Of a stretch of DNA of 32,000 nt, positions 24,967 through 32,000 are shown piece after piece. Position 1 is the stretch's first letter; each line of letters opens with the position of its first letter. The position numbers and the translations under genes are program-made. The stretch lies in NCBI RefSeq assembly GCF_000008665.1, contig NC_000917.1:1890001-1922000 (forward strand). Direction: 5' to 3'. The DNA comes from Archaeoglobus fulgidus DSM 4304 (lineage in GTDB: Archaea > Halobacteriota > Archaeoglobi > Archaeoglobales > Archaeoglobaceae). Under the pieces are notes generated by a model. The model saw nothing but the letters and a program-made list of their open reading frames with translations. It ran no database searches and was not told where the DNA came from.

Positions 24967-24974
24967 TTAAAATT

Positions 24975-25006
24975 TTCGAAATTTTCCAAATGTATTTCGA
25001 AATTTT
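24975..25006. promoter_or_regulatory. Two copies of TTCGAAATTTT, 21 bp apart, immediately upstream of the DUF169-like operon
   Basis: Exact 11-mers at 24975..24985 and 24996..25006. The proximal copy is about 9 nt from the ATG at 24966. Confidence 0.5.
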
Positions 25007-25130
25007 TTGAAAGTTCGGAGTTTTTGCTTGCCTAAAATAGCATTTTAATTAAAAGCTGTAATATATTAAATTATAAGGTAACTGCTTCAAAAAACTCAAC
25101 TTTAAAGGTTAAGTGGATTCAAAAACCATT

Positions 25131-26087
25131 TCAAAAAAGCCGAAAAATTAAAATTATCCGAAACACCTGCACTGCAAAATCTTCGAAAAGCTGCCTCCCC
25201 TTGGCCAGAATGAAGTCAAGATACTCCCTCATCTTTTTGCTCTCCAAAGATAGCTTGGAGGAGACGAGGTAGATATCTCTCTCCGATTTAAAGCCCTCAA
25301 TTTTTCTCATCTTTATCAAGCCAACCTCACACGCCTTGCAGGCTGCGATGAAGGATGTGATGGCAATTCCAATCCCGCTGCTCACCGCATTGATTTTCGA
25401 GTAGAAGTCGCTGACCGTATAAGCAATATCCAGCTCGCTTAGCTTCAATCCGCTCGCCATCAGCGCTTTTTTTGTGCTCGTTGTAATGCCGTAGTTGTCG
25501 TCAAGCATTACTATCGGATATTTCGTAATGTCTTCCAGCGTGACAACAGGCTTCTCAGCAAGCTCGTGGTTTGGCGGTGTGATTAGAACGAGGTGGTCCT
25601 CGCCCAGAACATCGCAGTTGAGCCTGTCGAACTCAAGGTGCTCGTCGAGGATGTCCCCAGCTATAGCGAAGTCGAATTCTCCGCTCAAAACACCCCTAAC
25701 GCACTCATGAGCTCCTCTGAGAGCCACGTTAACCTCAAGCTGTGGGTAGGTGGCCTTCAAAAGAGTTTGAATGGCGTGGACGATGTTCAACCCCACCATT
25801 CCTGAAGCTATGGTTATCTTATCCCCCCTGAGGTTCGAAATCAGCTTTTTGGTCTCCTCAACGCTGCTGAGAATGGACTTCATGTTTTTGATTGCTATCT
25901 TGCCCTCATCTGTCAGCTTTACGCCATTGGTCCCCCTTTCAAGCAGCTTCACCCCATAGAAGGATTCAATTGAGTTAATCTGAAAGCTCACAGAGCTGAC
26001 TGACATTCCGAGGTTCTTTGCAGCCTTCTTCAGGCTTCCCGACTCAACGACCTCCATGAAGGTTTTCATGAAATCGAGCCTAACCAT
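25131..26087 (-). CDS. LysR-family transcriptional regulator
   Basis: MVRLDFMKTFMEVVESGSLKKAAKNLGMSVSSVSFQINSIESFYGVKLLERGTNGVKLTDEGK is a canonical LysR N-terminal HTH, followed by a substrate-binding-domain-sized C-terminus. I chose the start at ATG 26087 by alignment to the usual LysR N-terminus. The track ORF starts at 26105. Confidence 0.85.
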   Translation of the reverse strand: MVRLDFMKTFMEVVESGSLKKAAKNLGMSVSSVSFQINSIESFYGVKLLERGTNGVKLTDEGKIAIKNMKSILSSVEETKKLISNLRGDKITIASGMVGLNIVHAIQTLLKATYPQLEVNVALRGAHECVRGVLSGEFDFAIAGDILDEHLEFDRLNCDVLGEDHLVLITPPNHELAEKPVVTLEDITKYPIVMLDDNYGITTSTKKALMASGLKLSELDIAYTVSDFYSKINAVSSGIGIAITSFIAACKACEVGLIKMRKIEGFKSERDIYLVSSKLSLESKKMREYLDFILAKGRQLFEDFAVQVFRIILIFRLF

Positions 26088-26089
26088 GA

Positions 26090-26100
26090 TTCGAAATTTT
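26090..26100. promoter_or_regulatory. Third copy of TTCGAAATTTT, just upstream of the LysR start
   Basis: Exact 11-mer at 26090..26100, 3 nt upstream of ATG 26087. It lies between the start and the AT-rich TATA-like region at 26110..26135. Its orientation relative to the gene is the same as the two copies at 24975..25006. Confidence 0.5.
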
Positions 26101-26209
26101 TGCATTGGTTTTAAAATTTTTTGAATTTTTATTATCCGTGACAGATTGAGGCAATGCGAATCCCTAAATTATTAAATAACTGACGGAGATTCTTGTCAGG
26201 TGGTTTCAA

Positions 26210-26641
26210 ATGGAGAAGGTCAAACTTGGAATGGTCGTTGCTGAGTTCAACAGGGACATTACCTACATGATGGAGATTCTCGGTAAGGAGCATGCTGAGT
26301 TTCTGGGGGCTGAGGTTAGCGAGGTTATCAGGGTTCCCGGCACCTTCGATATCCCCATTGCCGTAAAGAAGATGCTTGAGAAGGGCAGAGTTGATGCCGT
26401 TGTTGCCATAGGCTGTGTAATCGAAGGAGAGACGGAGCACGATGAGATTGTTGCCCAGCACGCTGCGAGGAAGATCATGGACTTGAGCCTTGAATACGGC
26501 AAGCCCGTAACGCTCGGCATCAGCGGGCCCGGAATGGGCAGGATTGCAGCAACGGAGAGAGTTGATTATGCAAAGAGGGCTGTTGAGGCTGCTGTTAAGC
26601 TTGTCAAGAGGCTGAAGGAGTATGATGCAGAGGGGAGCTAA
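26210..26641 (+). CDS. ribH: 6,7-dimethyl-8-ribityllumazine synthase (archaeal short type)
   Basis: 143 aa. [13 protein letters not shown]...[15 protein letters not shown]...[21 protein letters not shown] fits the lumazine synthase pattern. SD-like GGTGG upstream. Confidence 0.9.
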   Translation: MEKVKLGMVVAEFNRDITYMMEILGKEHAEFLGAEVSEVIRVPGTFDIPIAVKKMLEKGRVDAVVAIGCVIEGETEHDEIVAQHAARKIMDLSLEYGKPVTLGISGPGMGRIAATERVDYAKRAVEAAVKLVKRLKEYDAEGS

Positions 26642-27761
26642 CAGGATTGAGGTAGTCCAGCCTTCAGCCACGCTAAGAGTTTCAACGATGGCAAAGGAGC
26701 TGAAGAGAGAGGGCAAGGACGTAGTGGACATGAGCGTTGGGGAGCCAGACTTCCCCACGCCCGATTTTATCATTGAAGCTGCTTACAAAGCAATGAAGGA
26801 GGGCAAGGTTTTCTACACTCCCACAAAGGGCGTTCCTGAGCTCATTGATGCCATCGTTGAGAAGCTGAGGAACGAGAACGGCATTGATGTTGGAGCAGAG
26901 AACATAATCGTCACGCCGGGGGCAAAGTATGCGATTTTCGAGGCGATGATGTGTTTGCTGCAGGAAGGGGATGAGGTAATACTCCTCGACCCCTCGTGGG
27001 TTAGCTATGAGGCGTGCATTCTGATGGCGGGAGCAAAGCCCGTCTGGGTTCCCCACGAGGAGGGCTTTGAGGATGCCCCCATTGAGGACTACATAACGTC
27101 AAACACGAAAATGATTGTTGTGAATACTCCCAGCAACCCGCTCGGCGTTGTGTATCCCAAGGAGTTTCTGAAGAAGGTAAGGGACTTGGCGGTGGACAAG
27201 GATATCCTCGTGATGAGCGATGAGATTTACGAGAAGATAATCTTCGAGGGCGAGCATTACAGCCTCGCTGCAATGGACGGGATGCTTGAAAGGACAATAA
27301 CAATCAACGGCTTCTCCAAGACCTACTCCATGACAGGCTGGAGGTTGGGGTATGCTGCAGCGCCGGAGTGGATAATCAAGCTCATGAACCGCATGCAGAG
27401 CCATTCTGTCAGCCATCCCACATCTTTCGTTCAGTATGCTGGAGTTGCAGCCCTCAAAGGAGACCAGAGCTTCATAAAGGAGATTGTTGAAGAGTTCAGG
27501 GCGAGAAGGGACATGATAATGGCCAAGCTTGACGAAATGGGTATAGAGTATGCTCCACCTAAGGGGGCCTTCTACATCTTCATGAATGTTGGCAGGGACA
27601 GCAACGAGTTCTGCGAGGAGTTTTTGAAGAGGGAATATGTGGCTCTAACTCCCGGCTCAGCCTTTGGCGTTGCCTACAAAAGCTGGGTCAGGCTGAGCTA
27701 CGCAACTTCGAGGGAGAGGATTGGAGAGTTTCTGAGCAGGCTGGAGAGGTTTTTGGGTTAA
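26622..27761 (+). CDS. Aspartate / class-I PLP aminotransferase
   Basis: 379 aa with [16 protein letters not shown] and the PLP-lysine context [14 protein letters not shown]. It overlaps the 3' end of ribH by 20 nt. Confidence 0.9.
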   Translation: MMQRGANRIEVVQPSATLRVSTMAKELKREGKDVVDMSVGEPDFPTPDFIIEAAYKAMKEGKVFYTPTKGVPELIDAIVEKLRNENGIDVGAENIIVTPGAKYAIFEAMMCLLQEGDEVILLDPSWVSYEACILMAGAKPVWVPHEEGFEDAPIEDYITSNTKMIVVNTPSNPLGVVYPKEFLKKVRDLAVDKDILVMSDEIYEKIIFEGEHYSLAAMDGMLERTITINGFSKTYSMTGWRLGYAAAPEWIIKLMNRMQSHSVSHPTSFVQYAGVAALKGDQSFIKEIVEEFRARRDMIMAKLDEMGIEYAPPKGAFYIFMNVGRDSNEFCEEFLKREYVALTPGSAFGVAYKSWVRLSYATSRERIGEFLSRLERFLG

Positions 27762-27876
27762 TTTTTATTTTTAATTGTGCTGTACCAGTTGATTTAAACC
27801 TGAAAAGCCCTGCAACTGGAAAATACAAGATGAGAGAGACGATTCGAAACTTAAGAAATATATCCAGCCAGCCAAG

Positions 27877-28029
27877 TCAAATACCAACCCAGAAAACTTC
27901 AGAAGATGGTAGTAGTTCCAGCTGGATAATCCAGGCCACTTTCGGAAATTGTGCCTTGCGCAGAATTAAGAACAAAAAATACGCAAAACCAAAGGCGAGA
28001 ATTACCACACTCAGAAGTTGAAAGGTCAT
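27877..28029 (-). pseudogene. 50-codon C-terminal-module fragment of the decayed membrane-protein paralog
   Basis: My translation: MTFQLLSVVILAFGFAYFLFLILRKAQFPKVAWIIQLELLPSSEVFWVGI, then TGA (27877..27879). A TM-like continuation LGWLDIFLKFRIVSLILYF stays open in frame. It aligns with ...LIGVSVIFLAMFAATWVVLRLFGY...GPILFWLFWV...FFVIRILTF of the 329-aa paralog. The start overlaps the stop of 28026..28325 (ATGA). Confidence 0.5.
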
Positions 28030-28325
28030 TTCAGTTCACTTACGTATTTATTCCTTAGCAACCATAAAAGCAAGGATACAAGGAAGAAAGATACGGGAAG
28101 AACGAAAACCATCAGGTTGCAAAAGCTCTCGCCGAGCAATCGATTGTAGCGGGCATAAGGCATTGTTCCAAACAAGATTGTGAAGATGGAAACGACTGAC
28201 GAGGAAATAAACCGAAGTCTATCCATTCTGCTTCTTGAATAAAGGGTGTAGAGCAGATTCAGCAGGCCAAGAAACGATATGAGGGGTAAGAAATATGAAA
28301 TGAAGAAATTTGTTGTTGCATCCAT
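28026..28325 (-). CDS. 99-aa membrane protein: central fragment of the same paralog family (probably part of a broken gene)
   Basis: The tail SFFLVSLLLWLLRNKYVSELK parallels SPLLSFALLLELLGAYSLQESLK of the 329-aa paralog, and the next fragment continues the alignment after a 1-nt frame change. Confidence 0.55.
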   Translation of the reverse strand: MDATTNFFISYFLPLISFLGLLNLLYTLYSRSRMDRLRFISSSVVSIFTILFGTMPYARYNRLLGESFCNLMVFVLPVSFFLVSLLLWLLRNKYVSELK

Positions 28326-28439
28326 GGCCCATCACCAGATCTACCCCAGAGTTTATTCATTGCAAACGGCTCCAAACCCTGACCCATTCACCATGCTATT
28401 TCTTAGCTTATAAATTTTTCTTTTATTTTAGACAGTTGC

Positions 28440-28618
28440 TCACAACACTTTCTTCAAAGCAATCCTTAAGAACGCTAAAAAGTAGCAGGACAGCGCAGCT
28501 GTCATTGCAAGGCCGCAAAGGTACATCAAGTACCTCTCACGCCGATTTCAACAAAGCTTGACAGGAGGAGCAGTGCTACATCTGTGAAAAGAACTATGTA
28601 AAGGAGTTTGGCGCCCAT
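28440..28618 (-). pseudogene. Two short TM-like ORF remnants (N-terminal part of the decayed paralog)
   Basis: My translation: 28526..28618 gives MGAKLLYIVLFTDVALLLLSSFVEIGVRGT then stop. After a frame change, 28440..28526 gives MYLCGLAMTAALSCYFLAFLRIALKKVL then stop. This mimics the TM1-TM2-basic-motif start of the intact paralogs. Confidence 0.4.
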
Positions 28619-28698
28619 TTTCACGTTACTATTGGCAACGCATGCTGTTAGATTTTTCGATCCTCAACCCGTCACCGCTTACATCAGTTTCCCTTGCG

Positions 28699-29688
28699 TT
28701 AAAAAGTCAGAATGCGGATAACGAAAAATATTCCAATCCCAACAATTGCAGCGTTTACCCAGAAAAGCCAGAAAAGGATTGGACCTTCAACCCTCGCCTC
28801 TTCCACCGCCCGTTGAAGGGTGTCGAAAGAGTAGCCAAAGAGTCTTAGCACCACCCATGTAGCCGCAAACATGGCAAGAAAAATCACTGAAACGCCGATA
28901 AGCGCAAATTTTAGGCTTTCCTGTAATGAATAGGCTCCGAGAAGCTCTAAGAGGAGAGCGAAGGAGAGCAGAGGCGAAGCGAACAGAACAATAGAAAAGG
29001 TCACCATGAGCTCCCTTGAGCCCGTTTTAGCCATCAAATACTGCAGCGCCCCCACGAAGATGTTGAAGAGCGGTGCGAGGATGAAAGCTGTTCTGTGAGC
29101 GGTAATGGTTTTCACGAAGGGCAGGACTTCGGATTTGACCAACATTAAGGATAAAAGCACCAGAACGAGCCCCGCAATGGATAGCTTTGCCCAAAATACT
29201 GAAAAGTTTGCGGAAGCTGCCAGATCATTCTTCAAAAATCGATTGTAGGTGTAAAACAAAACAACGAGGGGGAAAAGGCAGAGCTGAAGTAGCGGGACGA
29301 TGAAGGCAAAGAAGATGATCGGGAACTTGAAAGCCAACGCTAAATCACCCCACTCCAAAACAGCTCCGCAGAGCATCAAGCCCGCCGCCGGGAAGCCGAT
29401 AATTATGTAGCCGAACTTTACAGCCAGATCGCGTTCCTCTTCGCTGAGTTTTGCGTATTCAATCTCTTTAAGCTCCAGAATCCAGATCAGTCCCTCTCTA
29501 AGTCTCAAACCGCGACGTTTGAAAATCAGGTAGATGGAGAGAGCTTCGGACATTAGCACGACTGCCAGAAGAGCTAAAGCGACAGCTATTCTTTCCGGAG
29601 TTAGCTTCTCCTTGGAGACGGTCAGGAATGGGAAGAGAAATGCGCCGATATGGAGGAGAATTAACAGGAGGAGGTTTCTCTTCCACAT
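28699..29688 (-). CDS. Polytopic membrane protein, apparently intact member (329 aa) of a local paralog family, unknown function
   Basis: Roughly 9-10 hydrophobic segments. It shares LTPERIAVALALLAVVLMSEALSIYLIFKRRGL, YNRFLKNDLAASANFSVFW...SEVLPFVK and LRLFGYS...GPILFWLFW blocks with the neighbouring genes. Confidence 0.8.
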   Translation of the reverse strand: MWKRNLLLLILLHIGAFLFPFLTVSKEKLTPERIAVALALLAVVLMSEALSIYLIFKRRGLRLREGLIWILELKEIEYAKLSEEERDLAVKFGYIIIGFPAAGLMLCGAVLEWGDLALAFKFPIIFFAFIVPLLQLCLFPLVVLFYTYNRFLKNDLAASANFSVFWAKLSIAGLVLVLLSLMLVKSEVLPFVKTITAHRTAFILAPLFNIFVGALQYLMAKTGSRELMVTFSIVLFASPLLSFALLLELLGAYSLQESLKFALIGVSVIFLAMFAATWVVLRLFGYSFDTLQRAVEEARVEGPILFWLFWVNAAIVGIGIFFVIRILTF

Positions 29689-29959
29689 GTCCGCATTTAG
29701 CCAGTAAAGCTAAAAAGAGTTGTGTTCTGTCATGGCGATACAGCTACTTTTCTCTCTTAGCTCTCTCCTTTGAACGCACCCTGAACCAGTGTACGGGCTG
29801 AAATACTGCGTACCACAGAAGAATAAGATCTGGATAAAGCCTAAACACCTGTGGTAGTGCAGAAGTAGGTTCCAGCTTGCTACATTGACTTGTGCATATC
29901 GCTGCACGGAATCCACTACACCCGATAGAACAGGCTACCGCTCTCCGCATCGCAACAAC

Positions 29960-30694
29960 CTACGCCATTAAAATTTTCACAGCAACAAACGAATTTACGA
30001 GCGGGATCGATAGGTGCAAGAGGATGGGGAACTTTTCACGCGCTACCATTCTTCCGGTTACGCCGAAAATGGCGTTCATGGTTGCAATAATTAACAGATT
30101 GAAGACCCCATCGTTGAGAGCTTTAAAATAAGCTTTCTGGAACGGTAGCTCCGAGGGTTGCACTAACACTTTCGATATGATTATTAGCAAAATTACGAAC
30201 AAGTGAATCCAGATCCAGAAATTGAAAAAGTTAGCTCGCAGTAAGCTCTTTTTCCTAACTCGCTCGTAAACTTGCAGCATGGCAACGAAAAAGGAGATTC
30301 CGAGGAATAGGAGAGGAGAAAGGGCGAATATTAATGCGAAGAGAGATAAAAATTCTGCAATCGCTGGTGTAAACTCTCCGTAGTAGAAAATAAGAGCTCC
30401 AAGAAAGGCGATGGGCATTAAGTGGATGAAGACAAGGCGCTGAAACTCGTAAATGAAGTCGGCAATATTTTGCTCCAATGCAACGTGAACTTGTCTCAGT
30501 GAGTAGCCGTGCTGCTTGAGGAACCTTGAGAGGTTAAAGGCGAGTAAGATTGCAAAGATGGGCGATATGAGAAGAACCATAACAATTCTATCAGCGGTGA
30601 AGTTTTCGGGCGGGACGGCGAGCAACCAGAAGAAAACAATGACTGCAAAGCACGCAGCAAATGTGAAGAGCAAAGCGAATTTTCCTTTGTTCAT
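29960..30694 (-). CDS. Polytopic membrane protein, paralog lacking the C-terminal module (244 aa)
   Basis: FTADRIVMVLLISPIFAILLAFNLSRFLKQHGY and YERVRKKSLLRANFFNFW...SELPFQK align block by block with the 329-aa paralog. It ends at a TAG where the longer paralog continues. Confidence 0.8.
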   Translation of the reverse strand: MNKGKFALLFTFAACFAVIVFFWLLAVPPENFTADRIVMVLLISPIFAILLAFNLSRFLKQHGYSLRQVHVALEQNIADFIYEFQRLVFIHLMPIAFLGALIFYYGEFTPAIAEFLSLFALIFALSPLLFLGISFFVAMLQVYERVRKKSLLRANFFNFWIWIHLFVILLIIISKVLVQPSELPFQKAYFKALNDGVFNLLIIATMNAIFGVTGRMVAREKFPILLHLSIPLVNSFVAVKILMA

Positions 30695-30751
30695 GGTGTC
30701 ACCATAATCCGACAGAATAAAAATCTTGCAGGTGAGGAAGAGAAAATTGGT

Positions 30752-31612
30752 TTACAGCATGTTGGGGGAAATTTCACCACGCTCCATAAACGAAGCGATA
30801 AGCAGTCCGAGTGAGGTTAGCATGATCCAGGCTATCCAGATGATTGGATCTCTGAGGGGATTGTATTTTCCCTGTTTTATGGCTGCTTTCCTTTTCTCAG
30901 AAAGCTCCCTCAGCGATTTGTATCCGAAGACCTGCAGAACCAATGCAACTGCAGCTAAACTCGCAAAGATTAGAACTGCCAGTTTAACTAAAAAAGTCGC
31001 TTGGATTCTCAACGAGCATTCGGATTTCGCCAATAGAATCGGCAAAATCGCTCCCGGACATTTTACGGAGAGGAGGGCGAGAGGAGCTATTAGAAGCAGG
31101 AAAACCAGGACTTCAAATCTCCTATTCGTGAAGAAGCTAACGAAGCCCGCAGCGATCCAGAAAAAGCCCACAAGCAGGGGGTCCCACCAAAGTTGTTCGA
31201 GTTTCTCGTAAACTATTAGACTCGAAACAGTGCAGATAAGTCCGTGGGAAAGCAAGAACTGCGGATTGCTCGGAGGAAAATTCTTCTCGAATGCTCTTAC
31301 GACGGGGTACAGAAATAAGAAGGCGAGCGGCGCGTAAAGCATTACGCCACTCAACATCACCACGAAAATAGCAATCAAATCCAAGATCTTTAAACCGATT
31401 AGCACGTAATGCGCAGTAAAGAGAATTGCTCCGTTTGCAACAATTATTGTCCAAAGAATCTCGTCAACGATTCCCCATCTGAGTTTAGCGCTTAAATCCT
31501 TTTGCCTCCTTAGTTCTTCCCCTTCAAGGATTGTGTAAAGATTTTTTATATCTGCAGCCCTGTATCCGTGCTTGATGAGCTGGTAAGAGATAAGGAGCAA
31601 AGCAATGAGCAC
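30752..31612 (-). CDS. Polytopic membrane protein, paralog with an N-terminal truncation or uncertain start (286 aa from GTG)
   Basis: It shares the QLIKHGY motif and the C-terminal LQVFGYKS...RDPIIWIAWIML module. Homology continues 22 codons upstream of the GTG (ELNSEKLLTIIVISALF) to an in-frame stop at about 31678, with no ATG/GTG/TTG in between. Confidence 0.7.
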   Translation of the reverse strand: MLIALLLISYQLIKHGYRAADIKNLYTILEGEELRRQKDLSAKLRWGIVDEILWTIIVANGAILFTAHYVLIGLKILDLIAIFVVMLSGVMLYAPLAFLFLYPVVRAFEKNFPPSNPQFLLSHGLICTVSSLIVYEKLEQLWWDPLLVGFFWIAAGFVSFFTNRRFEVLVFLLLIAPLALLSVKCPGAILPILLAKSECSLRIQATFLVKLAVLIFASLAAVALVLQVFGYKSLRELSEKRKAAIKQGKYNPLRDPIIWIAWIMLTSLGLLIASFMERGEISPNML

Positions 31613-31686
31613 GAAAAGAGCTGAAATTACAATTATCGTTAGTAGTTTTTCCGAGTTTAGCTCTAAATGTCTATATACTTAGATTC

Positions 31687-31977
31687 GTGCTGGCAAGCGT
31701 TCTCATACTGGGGGCCATTGCAGTGGGCAGTGCGATACCGACGATTGCCGAGCTGAAGGTGGACAGGTCGCTCTGCAGAAAAAGTCCGATGGAGGAGTTT
31801 TACGTTTTCGAGAACGGAGAGTGGGTGAAGAAAGAGGAGCTTGCAGACTGGTGGCTCTGCATCGATGTTGACAGCATAGAGCGTTCGGACTACTACTCCG
31901 CAGCGAAGAAGGCGATTGAGCTGCAGAAGTTGGGAAGAGACTCGCCGTACTACGGTGGAGAGTGGATAGGTTGTTAA
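31687..31977 (+). CDS. Small hypothetical protein with a hydrophobic N-terminus (possible signal peptide)
   Basis: 96 aa, GTG start. MLASVLILGAIAVGSAIPTIAE... is followed by a soluble Trp/Tyr/Cys-containing domain. No family recognised. Confidence 0.5.
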   Translation: MLASVLILGAIAVGSAIPTIAELKVDRSLCRKSPMEEFYVFENGEWVKKEELADWWLCIDVDSIERSDYYSAAKKAIELQKLGRDSPYYGGEWIGC

Positions 31978-32000
31978 GGGAAAGTACAGCTACAGCCAGC

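Noticed and set aside
26132-26773. 213-aa minus-strand ORF spanning ribH
   Set aside because: It is antisense to an unmistakable lumazine synthase and to the start of the aminotransferase, so it is a shadow ORF.
27785-27819. Inverted repeat CCAGTTG ... CAACTGG (7-bp stem, 21-nt loop) after the aminotransferase stop
   Set aside because: The stem is short and the loop is long. It also lies within the open continuation of the decayed membrane-protein fragment. The T-runs at 27762..27776 are a more likely archaeal terminator.
27830-28021. 63-aa plus-strand ORF
   Set aside because: It is antisense to the TM-like fragment that aligns with the membrane-protein paralog family. Its product is polar and low-complexity, with no start context.
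29860-29925. Possible structured ncRNA (GTGCAG ... CTGCAC pairing) in the GC-normal 271-bp spacer
   Set aside because: Only a 6-bp stem pairs cleanly and the extension requires large bulges. The interval is better explained as an in-frame coding remnant.
1-32000. Search for CRISPR arrays, tRNA/rRNA genes, transposases, integrases or long terminal/inverted repeats
   Set aside because: I saw no regularly spaced direct repeats, no cloverleaf-compatible GC-rich 70-90-nt intergenic segments, and no recombinase-like ORFs. By eye the GC content looks roughly even across genes, with no clear island signature, but I did not compute it.

Overview
This window looks like a euryarchaeal chromosome. Evidence: archaeal CTP-type riboflavin kinase, GatB, an HhH-GPD AlkA-type glycosylase, GGAGGTGA-type Shine-Dalgarno sites inside operons, and TATA-like boxes about 25 nt upstream of apparently leaderless first genes. 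From memory it resembles Archaeoglobus fulgidus, but I cannot verify that without a database search. I support about 37 protein-coding genes or gene fragments. I saw no rRNA, tRNA, CRISPR array, transposase or integrase. Recognisable genes: an enolase-superfamily enzyme, a ThDP (ALS-like) enzyme coupled to a Zn dehydrogenase, a disrupted MFS transporter, a radical-SAM/SPASM enzyme coupled to a Gly-Gly-ended MoaD-like protein, ribK (HTH-fused, RbkR type) with ribB, a triple-PAS histidine kinase, a YhhQ-type transporter, MarC, a MetE-like protein, a processive-type GT2, gatB, alkA, an HTH+CBS regulator, a LysR regulator, ribH and an aspartate aminotransferase. Best candidates for something undescribed: (1) 18.1-22.5 kb holds an SD-chained operon of four divergent paralogous ~145-aa proteins with no family I recognise, a 741-aa signal-peptide-bearing Cys-rich protein, and a convergent 60-aa protein that is 38% leucine. 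(2) 27.9-31.7 kb holds a tandem array of four paralogous polytopic membrane proteins in different states of decay. (3) A DUF169-like / TauE-like / small membrane protein operon sits next to a LysR gene, and an exact 11-mer (TTCGAAATTTT) lies at both promoters. (4) The rSAM-SPASM plus ubiquitin-like GG protein pair has no visible partner enzyme. All functional calls rest on motifs I read from the translations. No homology searches were run.
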